Assembly (NCBI GenBank): GCA_035647115.1
Contig: DASROA010000051.1
Location: 6,004 to 70,003, forward strand
From: Thiopseudomonas sp.
GTDB lineage: Bacteria; Pseudomonadota; Gammaproteobacteria; Pseudomonadales; Pseudomonadaceae
Direction of reading: 5' to 3'
DNA length: 64,000 nt
Part shown: positions 20,613 to 32,127 of the stretch, piece by piece
How positions within the stretch are numbered: the stretch's first letter is position 1
Layout: each line of letters begins with the position of its first letter
Made by a program: the position numbers and the translations under genes
The notes under the pieces: model-generated
Seen by the model: the letters and a program-made list of their open reading frames with translations, nothing else
Told to the model about the DNA's origin: nothing
Database searches by the model: none

Positions 20613-21707
20613 CTAGAGAACAGCGTTGGGGTATGACCCTAGAATTTTCAATGCAACTGATTCCTGGGCGATTTTCTCGAGGGCGCTTTTCACCAGCGGA
20701 TCATCTTTGTGCCCGTAAAAATCAATAAAGAACACATAGGTCCACTTACCGCTGCGCGACGGGCGGGTTTCAATACGTGTCAGGTCAATTCCACTGTTAT
20801 GGAAAGGAACCAACAGCTCGTGCAGCGCCCCAGGTCTGTTACTCATGGAAATAATAACTGAGGTTTTATCGTCACCGGTGGCCGGCACACTTTGATTGCC
20901 AATAATCAAAAAGCGCGTTGAGTTATCAGGACGGTCTTCAATCTTTTCCGCCAAAATTGATAAACCATACAGCTGCGCGGCCATATCGCTGGCAATGGCT
21001 GCACTATTCCACTCGCTTTTAACTCGCTTGGCGGCTTCTGCATTACTGGAAACAGCTACACGCTCAACATTGGGATAGTGGGCATCCAGCCACTTGCGGC
21101 ATTGCGCTAAGGACTGCGCATGGGAGTAAATGCGAGAGATTTTTTCAGTCTTGGTGTTCTCACCCACCAATAAATGATGGTGAATACGCAGCTCAACTTC
21201 GCCACAAATCACCAGATCATGCTCGAGAAAACTATCTAGGGTGTGATTAATCGCGCCTTCAGTGGAGTTCTCCACCGGCACTATGCCAAAGCTGACCGCA
21301 CCGGCCACCACTTCACGGAAAATTTCATCAATGGCAGCCATCGGTTTACTGATCACTGCCTGACCAAAGTGTTTCATCGCCGCAGCGTGAGAGAAGGTTC
21401 CCTCAGGGCCTAAATAAGCCACTTTCAAGGGCTGCTCTAAAGCCAAACATGAAGACATGATTTCACGGAACAAGCGTGCCATTTCCTCATTGTCTAGTGG
21501 ACCCTTATTGAGCTCCATAATACGCTTTAAGACCTGCGCTTCACGCTCTGGGCGGTAAAATACAGCTTGCTCACCCTCCGCCAACTCGGCCATTTTGATG
21601 TGGCCAACCTCTTGGGCACAGCGGGCGCGCTGACTGATAAGGTCGAGGATTTTCTCATCTAAATCATCAATGCGCACGCGTAAGGCTTGCAGTTTTTGAT
21701 CACTCAT
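20613..21707 (-). CDS. pheA: Chorismate mutase / prephenate dehydratase
   Basis: N-terminal chorismate mutase domain; YLGPEGTFS, PVENSTEG, TRF, IETRP. Confidence 0.96.
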   Translation of the reverse strand: MSDQKLQALRVRIDDLDEKILDLISQRARCAQEVGHIKMAELAEGEQAVFYRPEREAQVLKRIMELNKGPLDNEEMARLFREIMSSCLALEQPLKVAYLGPEGTFSHAAAMKHFGQAVISKPMAAIDEIFREVVAGAVSFGIVPVENSTEGAINHTLDSFLEHDLVICGEVELRIHHHLLVGENTKTEKISRIYSHAQSLAQCRKWLDAHYPNVERVAVSSNAEAAKRVKSEWNSAAIASDMAAQLYGLSILAEKIEDRPDNSTRFLIIGNQSVPATGDDKTSVIISMSNRPGALHELLVPFHNSGIDLTRIETRPSRSGKWTYVFFIDFYGHKDDPLVKSALEKIAQESVALKILGSYPNAVL

Positions 21708-22790
21708 TTAAGCGTGCTCCTTCTCGAATTCCTGCATATAAGCAACCAAAGCTTCCACTGCCTGCAAACTTACTGCGTTATAAATTGAGGCACGCATCCC
21801 GCCCACAGAACGGTGACCTTTTAGATTAAGAAGACCACGCTGATCCGCCCCTTCTAAAAATGCCTTATTCAGTTTTTCGTCGGCTAAGCGAAAAGGCACA
21901 TTCATCCAAGAGCGTGCGTTTTGTGCAACGGGATTGCTGTAAAAATCACTTTCATCAATGGTTTTATACAACAGCGCTTGCTTGGCATCATTGACCTTGG
22001 CCATACCCTCTAATCCGCCCTGTTCCTTAAGCCATTTAAAAACTAAGCCTGACAAGTACCAAGAGAACGTGGGTGGCGTGTTATACATGGAGCCATTTTC
22101 AGCAGCCACTTGATAATTAAGCATGGTTGGGCAGCTGGCGCGAGCACGGCCCAGCAGGTCCTCACGAATAATAACCACAACTAAGCCACTGGGACCGATA
22201 TTTTTTTGAGCACCGGCATAAATCATCCCGAACTCAGAGACTTGTAGGGGTTTAGAGAGAATGTCCGATGACATATCAACCACTAAAGGTGTATCGCCAA
22301 CCTGTGGTACCCAATCAAATTGCAAACCACCGATGGTTTCGTTGCTGGCGTAGTGCAGATAGGCTGCATCATCGCTAAGCTGCCATTGGTTTTGCCCAGG
22401 CAATGCAAAGTAGTCTTGCGCTTGCGCACTGGCAGCAACATTAATATTTCCGTAGCGGCGTGCTTCATCAATGCTTTTACGGGACCAAATACCTGTATCT
22501 ATATAGTCAGCGCAGCCACCTTCCGGCAGCAAGTTGAGCGGAATCTGAGCAAACTGCTGGCTGGCACCGCCTTGCAGAAACAATACTTTGTAATTATCAG
22601 GGATGCTTAATAAATCGCGTAAATCTTGCTCTGCGGTGTTAGCGATGGCGACGAAGTCATCACTGCGATGACTCATCTCCATAACTGACAAGCCTTTGCC
22701 TTGCCAGTCCAATAATTCATGTTGCGCCTGCTTCAATACAGCTTCAGGCAGTGCAGCGGGCCCTGCACAAAAATTATAAACTCTACTCAC
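21708..22790 (-). CDS. serC: Phosphoserine aminotransferase
   Basis: YNFCAGPA, MSHRS, GAQKNIG, GHRSVGGMRASIYNA; probable GTG start at 22790. Confidence 0.96.
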   Translation of the reverse strand: MSRVYNFCAGPAALPEAVLKQAQHELLDWQGKGLSVMEMSHRSDDFVAIANTAEQDLRDLLSIPDNYKVLFLQGGASQQFAQIPLNLLPEGGCADYIDTGIWSRKSIDEARRYGNINVAASAQAQDYFALPGQNQWQLSDDAAYLHYASNETIGGLQFDWVPQVGDTPLVVDMSSDILSKPLQVSEFGMIYAGAQKNIGPSGLVVVIIREDLLGRARASCPTMLNYQVAAENGSMYNTPPTFSWYLSGLVFKWLKEQGGLEGMAKVNDAKQALLYKTIDESDFYSNPVAQNARSWMNVPFRLADEKLNKAFLEGADQRGLLNLKGHRSVGGMRASIYNAVSLQAVEALVAYMQEFEKEHA

Positions 22791-22798
22791 GGCTGCTC

Positions 22799-25470
22799 TC
22801 ACTCTTGCAGGTTATTTGTTTCGTCAGCAGGTGGCTGATCTGTTTCGTCGACTTGATTGTGCGCCTCTTCAGCGGCTTCGCCAGTCTCTGCGCCTACTGT
22901 GCTTTGCTCAGCATCTGGGTCGCTCTCTTCCTCATCATCACCAGGGTCTTGAACACGCTCTAAACCCACTAAAGACTCATCTTTAGCCAAGCGAATCAAC
23001 ATGACTCCCTGAGTATTTCGAGATAAAGAAGACACTTCGTCGACACGGGTACGCACCAATGTGCCTTGATCAGAAATCAACATGATTTCTTCACCATCGA
23101 GCACTTGAATAGCACCCACCAGTTTTCCATTACGCTCATTGGTCACCATGGCAATCACACCTTGACCACCACGACGGTAACTTGGGAACTCATCAATTTT
23201 GGTACGTTTACCATAGCCACGCTCTGAAGCGGTGAGGATTTGACTACCCTCTTCAGGGATCAGCATGGAAATCAAGCGCTCGCCCTCAGGCAAACGCATC
23301 CCACGCACTCCTCGAGCGGTACGGCCCATGGCGCGCACATCGGTTTCACTAAAGCGAGTAACCTTACCGTCATCAGAAAACAGCATAACATCGCAGGAGC
23401 CATCAGTGATCGCTGCCGAAATTAGAGTGTCGTCTTCATCCAATGCTAAAGCAATTAAGCCAGAGCTGCGTGGTCGACTGAACTGCTCCAGCGAGGTTTT
23501 CTTAACCGTGCCTTTTGCTGTGGCCATAAAGATATAATTATTTTCGTTGTATTCATTGACTGGCAGCATGGCGGTGATTTTCTCACCTTCTTCCAACGGC
23601 AATAAGTTGACAATTGGACGGCCGCGAGAAGCGCGGGAGGCCTCTGGAATTTCAAAGGTGCGCTTCCAATAAACCTTGCCCTTACTGGAGAATAACAACA
23701 GTGTGGTGTGGCTGTTTGCTACCAGCAGGTGTTCCACATGGTCTTCATCTTTCACTCCAGTGGCTGCTCTACCACGGCCACCACGACGCTGTGCGTTATA
23801 CGCATCGAGCGGTTGGCTTTTCGCATAACCGGTATGGGAAATAGTCACCACACGCTCTTCTTCTGGAATGAGGTCGGCAATGGTTAAATCAACATGGGAT
23901 GCAGTGATTTCAGTGCGACGCTCATCACCGTAATCTTCTTTGATTTTTTCCAGCTCTTCACGAATCACTTCAAGTAAGCGTTCAGCACTGCCTAAAATCT
24001 CAAGCAGCTCACCAATTTGCACCAGAATTTCTTGATACTCGTGATGAGCTTTTCATGTTCTAAACCTGTTAAACGATGCAAGCGCAAATCAAGAATGGCT
24101 TGCGCTTGTTCCGGTGATAAATGGTAGAAGCCGTCACGCATGCCGTACTGCTCATCTAGGCCTTCAGGTCGGCAGGACTCTGCCCCTGCGCGCTCCACCA
24201 TGGCAGAAACCGCACTGGATTCCCAAGCAGTTGCGATCAATCGATCTTTTGCTTCCGCTGGGGTCGGTGAGGTTTTAATCAGTTCAATAACGGGGTCAAT
24301 GTTAGACAGCGCAACCGCCTGTCCTTCAAGAATATGACCGCGCTCACGGGCTTTACGCAGCTCGAAAACCGTGCGCCGGGTGACCACTTCACGGCGGTGA
24401 CGCACAAAGACTTCCAGCATGTCTTTAAGGTTAAGTAAACGCGGTTGCCCATCTACCAGAGCGACTGCGTTAATACCAAATACGCTTTGCATCTGGGTTT
24501 GTGCAAACAGGTTGTTGAGAATAACCTCAGGCACTTCGCCGCGGCGCAACTCAATCACTACCCGCATACCATCCTTGTCGGACTCATCTCGCAGCTCGCT
24601 GATCCCTTCCAGTTTCTTTTCTTTAACCAGCTCGGCAATACGCTCAATTAAGCGGGCTTTGTTAAGCTGGTAAGGCAGCTCATTAATAATGATCTGCTGA
24701 CGTCCGCCTGCGCGGTCGATATCTTCAATTTCCGTACGGGCGCGCATGTAAATGCGCCCACGACCTGTACGGTAGGCTTCGATAATTCCCGCGCGGCCAT
24801 TAATAATGCCGGCTGTTGGAAAGTCTGGACCTGGGATGAACTGCATCAGCTCATCAATGCTGATTTCAGGGTTATCGATAATGGCTAAGCAACCATCGAT
24901 CACTTCACCTAGGTTGTGTGGCGGAATATTGGTCGCCATACCCACCGCAATACCGGACGAACCATTCACTAACAGACTCGGCACTTTGGTCGGCAGTACC
25001 TCTGGAATCATCTCGGTACCATCGTAGTTGGGCACCCAGTCCACAGTTTCTTTATCAAGATCGGCGAGTAATTCATGAGCCAGCTTGGTCATACGCACTT
25101 CGGTATAGCGCATGGCTGCAGCATTATCACCGTCTACGGAACCGAAGTTACCTTGACCGTCGACCAACAGGTAACGCAGGGAGAATGGCTGAGCCATCCG
25201 CACAATGGTGTCATAGACTGCGGTATCACCATGGGGGTGATATTTACCAATAACGTCACCGACGACCCGCGCCGACTTCTTATATGGTTTGTTCCAGTCA
25301 TTACCCAATTCTCGCATCGCGAAGAGAACACGCCGGTGTACCGGTTTTAAACCGTCACGCGCATCCGGCAGCGCCCGCCCAACAATTACACTCATCGCGT
25401 AATCGAGATAGGACTGTCGCATTTCATCTTCGATACTGATCGGAAGGATTTCTTTGGCCAATTCACCCAT
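22799..25470 (-). CDS. gyrA: DNA gyrase subunit A, split by a 1-nt deletion near 24040-24041
   Basis: N-terminal ORF 23992-25470 (YHPHGD, AAMRYTE) and C-terminal ORF 22799-24022 (QRRGGRG GyrA box, beta-pinwheel); continuous reading [20 protein letters not shown] is restored by adding one base. Confidence 0.95.
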
Positions 25471-25601
25471 GGAAGCTCGGTTCCTTATTAATTCATCATG
25501 CCCAATTCAAGCGGATAATAATAACACATGCCGCACAATCGCGCTCAAACAACACTTTAGCTTTTTTAAAACGGATTTTAAGCTCCAAAACTCAGCTGCG
25601 T

Positions 25602-26666
25602 CTAAGCATTTTCCTCATTCATCATCACCCTAATTTTGTCACGAGTAGGCTCTCGCACAACACCTCGCTCAGTCACTATGACATCGATCAAGTGCGCCGG
25701 CGTAACATCAAACACCGGATTGTAAGCAGCCACCTGTGCAGCAACCCTCTGTTTGCCAACATAGAGTATTTCATCACTGTCACGCTGCTCAATGGGTATT
25801 TCCGCCCCTGACACGAGCTGCATATCAACTGTTGAGCTGGGCGCAACCACCATGACTTTGACCTGATGGTAATGGGCAAGAATCGCCAGCTGATAGGTGC
25901 CGATTTTATTAGCAACGTCACCATTGGCGGTAATGCGGTCGGCACCCACAATCAACCAAGTGATTTCCCCCTGCGCCATTAAATGACCAGCACTGGAATC
26001 CACATTCAGTGAGCACGGGATTCCTTCACCAAGCAACTCCCAAGCGGTCAGACGCGCGCCCTGCAACCATGGTCGTGTCTCATTAACGTGCACCTTGCTC
26101 ACTAAACCGTCTAAATACGCTGCACGGATCACCCCTAGCGCTGTACCAAAGCCAGCAGTTGCCAGCGCTCCAGCATTACAATGGGTCATCAGTTGCTGTT
26201 TTTCTACCCCGGCCTCACGTATAACCTGCAAGCCGTACTCGGCAGCACATAAATTGGCCTCACGGTCTTCTTCAAAAATGGCCACAGCTTGCGCCTTTAT
26301 GACTTTTAAAGGCTGTTCATGCTGCGCTGCTTCAGGCAGACACTCGCGCATTTTTTGCAAAGCCCAAAACAAATTTACTGCGGTAGGTCTGGATTCTGCC
26401 AGCATTTTAAAATCAGCCTCTATATAGGCTAACCACTCCTCGCCATGCTGCTGCAAGTATTGGCGAGCCGCTAGCAGAACAGCAAATGCAGCAGCAACAC
26501 CAATGGCTGGTGCCCCTCGCACATGCATTTCACTGATCGCTCTGGCCACCTGTTGCGCTGTATCATAGCGCTGCCAGCGCTCTTGCTGCGGAAGCAAGCG
26601 TTGATCGAGCAAGTACAAAGCATTATCTCGCCACTCAAGCGCTTTTATTTTTTCAGCCGCACGCAT
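25602..26666 (-). CDS. mtnA: S-methyl-5-thioribose-1-phosphate isomerase
   Basis: [43 protein letters not shown]; start likely 26666 or 26681. Confidence 0.94.
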   Translation of the reverse strand: MRAAEKIKALEWRDNALYLLDQRLLPQQERWQRYDTAQQVARAISEMHVRGAPAIGVAAAFAVLLAARQYLQQHGEEWLAYIEADFKMLAESRPTAVNLFWALQKMRECLPEAAQHEQPLKVIKAQAVAIFEEDREANLCAAEYGLQVIREAGVEKQQLMTHCNAGALATAGFGTALGVIRAAYLDGLVSKVHVNETRPWLQGARLTAWELLGEGIPCSLNVDSSAGHLMAQGEITWLIVGADRITANGDVANKIGTYQLAILAHYHQVKVMVVAPSSTVDMQLVSGAEIPIEQRDSDEILYVGKQRVAAQVAAYNPVFDVTPAHLIDVIVTERGVVREPTRDKIRVMMNEENA

Positions 26667-26810
26667 TTGCCTGCGTATCATTACCAAACCCCTTGATAAA
26701 TAAGTAATTATAGCCGAATCTGCAACTGATGCCGCACTCAGCATAGCTCTGTGCCGTTATTACACCCATGCTCTTAAGTTAATACCAATCTTTCAAACAG
26801 GATTTCATGC

Positions 26811-28139
26811 ATGCCCCACTCACCGCTCGATTACCTATTACTTCCCGAATGGCTGGTACCTGTTGAGCCTGCTGGCGTTATTTTAAAAAACTATGCGCTG
26901 GGTGTTCGTGGTGATCGCATCGCTTTGCTCGCCCCTCGAGAACAAGCCTTAAAAACACCCTGCGCTGACATTAGAGAATTGCCCAACACTTTGCTTACCC
27001 CAGGCTTAATCAATGCCCACGGGCATGGCGCAATGAGTTTGTTTCGTGGCATAGCTGATGATACCCCGCTGGATATTTGGCTGAATAAACACATTTGGCC
27101 CGCTGAGGCGAAATGGGTGGATGCTGATTTTGTCCGCGACGGGACTCGGCTGGCCATTGCTGAACAACTAAAGAGCGGTATCAGCTGCTTCTCAGATATG
27201 TATTTCTACCCTGGCACTGTGTGCAAAGAAGTCCATGACAGCGGCATCCGCGCGCAAATTACAGTCCCCCTGCTTGAGTTTCCCGTACCTGGCTCACGCA
27301 ACAGCGACGATACTTTACGGCAAACCTTGCAAGCTTTTGATGATTTTAAACACCATCCCCGGCTGTCCATCGGTTTTGGCCCTCATGCACCTTATACGGT
27401 GAGCGATGAAAAGCTCCAAGAAGTAGCCATGCTCGCCGCGCAGCTGAATGCGCCTATTCAAATGCATGTGCACGAAACGGCCCGCGAGGTGCAACAAAGC
27501 CTAGAGCAATACGCTGAACGGCCACTGGCTCGCCTCAACCGTCTTGGTTTGCTTGGCCCACGCTTTCAAGCAGTACATATGACCCAAGTCACAGATGAGG
27601 ACCTGGCTTTATTGGTACACAGCAACACCAGTGTTATCCACTGCCCCGAGTCCAATTTAAAACTGGCCAGTGGCTTCTGCCCCATTGAGCGTCTCTGGAA
27701 TGCCGGCGTTAACGTGGCACTTGGCACCGATGGCGCAGCCAGTAACAACAACCTTGACTTGCTAAGTGAAACCCGCACTGCTGCGTTGCTGGCTAAAGCA
27801 GTGGCACAGTCTGCCAGCGCAATGGATGCACACCGAGCTTTACGCATGGCCACTTTAAATGGTGCACGAGCAATGGGCATCGAGTCGCAAACTGGCTCCT
27901 TAGAAGTGGGCAAGCTTGCCGACATTGCAGCTTTTAATTTTAACGACTTATCGGTTCAACCTGTTTACGATCCTGTTTCACAGCTGATTTACGCTGCATC
28001 ACGCAATTGTGTTGAGCACCTGTGGGTGGGTGGCAAACAGCTCTTAAAAAACCGCCAATTATTGCGTATGGATGAGCAAAAAATAATAGCAACCAGCCAA
28101 GCTTGGGCAAGTAAAATATCAGGTTCAGCAAAACAGTAG
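26811..28139 (+). CDS. TRZ/ATZ family amidohydrolase (methylthioadenosine deaminase-like)
   Basis: [36 protein letters not shown]; divergent from mtnA. Confidence 0.88.
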   Translation: MPHSPLDYLLLPEWLVPVEPAGVILKNYALGVRGDRIALLAPREQALKTPCADIRELPNTLLTPGLINAHGHGAMSLFRGIADDTPLDIWLNKHIWPAEAKWVDADFVRDGTRLAIAEQLKSGISCFSDMYFYPGTVCKEVHDSGIRAQITVPLLEFPVPGSRNSDDTLRQTLQAFDDFKHHPRLSIGFGPHAPYTVSDEKLQEVAMLAAQLNAPIQMHVHETAREVQQSLEQYAERPLARLNRLGLLGPRFQAVHMTQVTDEDLALLVHSNTSVIHCPESNLKLASGFCPIERLWNAGVNVALGTDGAASNNNLDLLSETRTAALLAKAVAQSASAMDAHRALRMATLNGARAMGIESQTGSLEVGKLADIAAFNFNDLSVQPVYDPVSQLIYAASRNCVEHLWVGGKQLLKNRQLLRMDEQKIIATSQAWASKISGSAKQ

Positions 28140-28264
28140 CAGGCGTAGTTAAAGCGAATTATAGAGTTAGGCTTATGCTCTTGAGGAACATTAAAGCAAA
28201 AGCCAATAAAAACTGGCATCATGTGCTATTTACCATGTGGCCACATATCATATAGGACAGGGTT

Positions 28265-28963
28265 ATGAGCAATGTTGATCATGCTGAAATTGCGAAGTTT
28301 GAAGCCTTAGCACACCGCTGGTGGGATCGTGAAAGTGAGTTTAAACCACTCCATGATATTAATCCGCTCAGGGTCAACTGGATTGATCAGCGCGCCCCTT
28401 TGGCGGGTAAAAACGTTTTAGATGTTGGTTGTGGCGGTGGTATTTTAAGTGAAGCCATGGCGCAGCGCGGTGCACAGGTCACTGGTATTGATATGGGCGA
28501 AGCGCCCCTCGCTGTGGCTCGCCTACACCAGCTAGAAACCGGTGTTGATGTCACCTACCGGCAAATCACCGCAGAAGCTTTGGCGGAAGAAATGCCTGAG
28601 CAATTTGATGTGGTCACTTGCCTGGAAATGCTTGAGCATGTGCCCGACCCAGCCTCCATTATCCGTGCCTGCTATAAGCTGGTTAAGCCAGGCGGTCAGG
28701 TGTTTTTTTCCACCATAAATCGCAACCCAAAGGCCTATTTATTTGCCATTGTAGGAGCTGAATATATTATGGGTTTGCTGCCACGCGGCACCCATGAGTT
28801 TAAAAAGTTCATCCGCCCTTCGGAGCTGGGTGCATGGTGTCGTGCGGCTGGACTACAGGTTCAAGACATTATCGGCCTCACTTACAATCCGCTCACTAAG
28901 CGCTATAAGCTTGAAGCAGACGTTGCTGTTAACTATATGCTACATACCACTAGGAAAGCTTAA
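28265..28963 (+). CDS. ubiG: Ubiquinone biosynthesis O-methyltransferase
   Basis: [35 protein letters not shown]. Confidence 0.97.
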   Translation: MSNVDHAEIAKFEALAHRWWDRESEFKPLHDINPLRVNWIDQRAPLAGKNVLDVGCGGGILSEAMAQRGAQVTGIDMGEAPLAVARLHQLETGVDVTYRQITAEALAEEMPEQFDVVTCLEMLEHVPDPASIIRACYKLVKPGGQVFFSTINRNPKAYLFAIVGAEYIMGLLPRGTHEFKKFIRPSELGAWCRAAGLQVQDIIGLTYNPLTKRYKLEADVAVNYMLHTTRKA

Positions 28964-29622
28964 TGCGCATTCAAGCAGTACTCTTTGATATGGATGGTAC
29001 GCTGCTCGACACTGCAAAAGATTTTTACGCCATTTTGCAAAATATGCGTGAAGAGCAAGGCCTGCCACCCATGAATGATGACGTCGGATTTCGTGAGCAT
29101 GCTTCTTGCGGCGCACTAGCCATGGTGGCGTATGCTTTTTCATTATCAACCGACAGTCCAGAACTTGAGCCTTTAAAAAACGACTTTCTCGACCGTTATG
29201 AGCTGCAGCACACTAAGTTTACTGCGCCTTTTCCCGGGGTCTTAGACGTCCTTGCATGGCTTGAAAATACTGGAATTATTTGGGGTGTGGCAACCAACAA
29301 ACCGCTACGTTTTGCGCAACCCATTATGGACGCATTAAAGCTCTCGTCTCGCTGCGCAGTGCTACTCTGCCCAGATCATGTGCAAAACAGTAAACCTGCC
29401 CCTGATATGTTACTGGCTGCTTGCGAGCAGTTGGCGCTTGAGCCTCAGCAAGTCCTGTATGTGGGTGACGACAAGCGTGACATTGATGCCGGTCGCGCTG
29501 CCGATATGCGTACCGTGGCGGTGCGTTACGGTTACCATCCGGCTGATGACAACCCAAGCAACTGGGGGGCTGATGCAGTTATTGACAGCATCTCTGAATT
29601 AACCAAATTACTCGACACTTAA
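28963..29622 (+). CDS. mupP: HAD phosphatase (MurNAc-6-phosphate phosphatase MupP / Gph-like)
   Basis: FDMDGTL, TNK, KPAPD, VGD..RD motifs; position directly after ubiG. Confidence 0.75.
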   Translation: MRIQAVLFDMDGTLLDTAKDFYAILQNMREEQGLPPMNDDVGFREHASCGALAMVAYAFSLSTDSPELEPLKNDFLDRYELQHTKFTAPFPGVLDVLAWLENTGIIWGVATNKPLRFAQPIMDALKLSSRCAVLLCPDHVQNSKPAPDMLLAACEQLALEPQQVLYVGDDKRDIDAGRAADMRTVAVRYGYHPADDNPSNWGADAVIDSISELTKLLDT

Positions 29623-29695
29623 AAATACAGCTCGCTTAGATTAACTTAATCTTTTAATTTATAGCGCTAAGCTATTGATATTAATGGAACTCACT

Positions 29696-30433
29696 ATGTT
29701 TGATTACACTGCACCAGCTGGCTTATTAAAAGATCGTATTATCCTTGTGACAGGTGCTGGGCGTGGCATTGGTGCCGAAGCTGCGCGTAACTATGCTGCT
29801 CTTGGCGCAACTGTCTTGCTGCTGGGCAAAACCGAACAAAATCTCAACAACGTTTACGATGAAATTGTAGCGGCTGGACATCCTGAGCCCGTAGTAATTC
29901 CACTGGATCTTGAAACCGCTCAGCCGGATGCTTACCACGAGCTGGCAGCAATGGTGGAAAGCGAGTTTGGACGTCTCGATGGCTTGCTGCACAATGCTTC
30001 CATTTTGGGTCCCCGCACACCTTTAGAGCAGCTTACTGGGGAAAACTTTGCCAAAGTGATGCAAATTAACGTTAACGCAATGTTTATGCTCAATAGCGCA
30101 ATGTTACCTGTTTTACGCTTATCCAAAGATGCTTCAGTCATTTTCACTTCGAGCAGTGTCGGCCGTAAAGGTCGTGCGTACTGGGGTGCTTATGCAGTAT
30201 CTAAATTTGCCACCGAAGGCTTGATGCAAGTCATGGCTGACGAGCTGGACGGCACAAGCATTCGTGCTAACAGTGTTAACCCGGGTGGTACACGCACCGA
30301 TATGCGCGCTCACGCTTACCCTGGGGAAAACCCATTAAGCAACCCCACTCCAGCTGAAATTATGCCGGTCTATTTGTATTTGATGGGCCCAGACAGCAAA
30401 GAAATCAACGGCCAGGCCTTTAACGCCCAATAA
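29696..30433 (+). CDS. yciK: YciK family SDR oxidoreductase
   Basis: VTGAGRGIG, LHNA, YAVSK, NPGGTRT; start ATG 29696. Confidence 0.88.
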   Translation: MFDYTAPAGLLKDRIILVTGAGRGIGAEAARNYAALGATVLLLGKTEQNLNNVYDEIVAAGHPEPVVIPLDLETAQPDAYHELAAMVESEFGRLDGLLHNASILGPRTPLEQLTGENFAKVMQINVNAMFMLNSAMLPVLRLSKDASVIFTSSSVGRKGRAYWGAYAVSKFATEGLMQVMADELDGTSIRANSVNPGGTRTDMRAHAYPGENPLSNPTPAEIMPVYLYLMGPDSKEINGQAFNAQ

Positions 30434-30543
30434 TGACTTTATAACGGCGCCCTACTGATTAAGTATGGCGCTGCACTCGGCTCTGTAACCGCTCGCCTAT
30501 TGGCAATTTTCCTTTCCGCTGCGCACGTATATCCGGCAGAGTA

Positions 30544-31023
30544 TTGCCACTCACAGGAATTGGTAATCGCAGTGCCATGCAGCAAACACTGCAGCGTGAC
30601 ATTCATACCGCAGTGCGTCAGCAGCAGCTCTTATCCGTACTGATGATTGACATTGATCATTTTAAAAGAATTAACGACAGGCACGGGCACAGTGCTGGCG
30701 ACCATGTGTTAACTCAAGTGGCTCAGCATATTCAACAGCAGCTGCGCGCCACAGACGCCTTATTTCGCTATGGCGGCGAAGAATTTTTAGCAGTGCTGCC
30801 CAATACAGCCGAGCACTATGCCGTGTTAGTGGCACGGCGGATCCTCGATCATTTAGCGCTATTAAAAATCCAAAGCGAGCAACACAACGTCAAGGTAACT
30901 GCCAGTATTGGCTGTGCAGTATTGGCTGAAACAGACACTGTGGATAGCTTATTGCGGCGCTCCGACAGAGCGCTGTACAAGGCTAAAAATAATGGGCGCA
31001 ACCAAGTTCAAGTTGCGCCCTAA
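30544..31023 (+). pseudogene. Stand-alone GGDEF domain, apparently 5'-truncated diguanylate cyclase
   Basis: PLTGIGNR, DIDHFKRIND, RATD I-site and GGEEF intact, but there is no sensor domain, no clear RBS and an in-frame stop at 30460. Confidence 0.6.
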
Positions 31024-31043
31024 CTGACAGTCCTACTCGAGTA

Positions 31044-32042
31044 TCACTCTGGACGGAGGCGGCGTGTTCGATTTTTTTTACCGCTAGGACGTGGTTTTCT
31101 TGGAGTTCTAGCAAACTCATCAGGCTGCTCTTTACTGCCACTGTAGACCGTTTTATTTTCACCACGGCGCGGATTACGCTGATGGCTCAATGGTCGTGCA
31201 GTCTTACGCTGCTGACGCTCTTGCTTTTGTTTAGCTTTAAGGTTCATTTCCGGTAAAGCAACGGGCTCCAAGCCCACCTCTTTACTCAGAATATCCACTT
31301 CATTTTGATCCATTTCACGCCAGCGGCCCATTCTCATTTCGGACGTCAAAAACACTGGACCAAAACGCACTCGCTTCAAACGACTGACTACCAGCCCTTG
31401 GGATTCCCACAGGCGACGTACCTCGCGGTTACGACCTTCCATCACTACGCAATGGAACCAACGGTTAATGCTGTCACCATCACCCGGTGCTGCTTGAATA
31501 TCGGTGAATTTGGCTGGCCCATCTTCTAACATCACACCTTTTTTGAGGTTCTCGATCATTTCGTCGGTCACCTCGCCGCGTACGCGCACGGCATACTCAC
31601 GGTCCATTTGATATGAAGGGTGCATCAGTCGGTTAGCCAGCTCACCATCAGTGGTAAACATCAGCAATCCCGTGGTGTTGATATCAAGACGACCAACATT
31701 AATCCAGCGACCGACTTGCGGGGGCGGAATACGATCAAAGACTGTTGGGCGACCTTCAGGGTCTCTGCGTGTACAGACTTCACCATCCGGCTTGTTATAA
31801 ATCAGCACACGACGCTGCTGATAATCGGCATCTTCGGTTTTTAAAGGACGCCCATCAACACTAATCGCATCGAGAGCATCCACCCGTGTGCCAAGCTTAG
31901 CAACGCGAGCATTCACTTGAACTCGACCCTCGCTGATCCAGCGTTCCATTTCACGCCGCGAGCCAAAGCCTCTGCGAGCTAAGACTTTTTGCAGTTTTTC
32001 GCCTACTGGTGCTGCAGTAGGTTGTTCAGTTACATCATTCAT
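31044..32042 (-). CDS. rluB: 23S rRNA pseudouridine(2605) synthase
   Basis: EKLQKVLA S4 domain, VGRLDINTTGL, EGRNREVRR; GGAGG RBS. Confidence 0.94.
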   Translation of the reverse strand: MNDVTEQPTAAPVGEKLQKVLARRGFGSRREMERWISEGRVQVNARVAKLGTRVDALDAISVDGRPLKTEDADYQQRRVLIYNKPDGEVCTRRDPEGRPTVFDRIPPPQVGRWINVGRLDINTTGLLMFTTDGELANRLMHPSYQMDREYAVRVRGEVTDEMIENLKKGVMLEDGPAKFTDIQAAPGDGDSINRWFHCVVMEGRNREVRRLWESQGLVVSRLKRVRFGPVFLTSEMRMGRWREMDQNEVDILSKEVGLEPVALPEMNLKAKQKQERQQRKTARPLSHQRNPRRGENKTVYSGSKEQPDEFARTPRKPRPSGKKNRTRRLRPE

Positions 32043-32127
32043 TTAAAGCACCTCCCGGTGGGTTTTATTAAAACATTTAAGACAATCAGGCTATTGTACG
32101 CGTTACACATAAATTAGACGATCTAAA

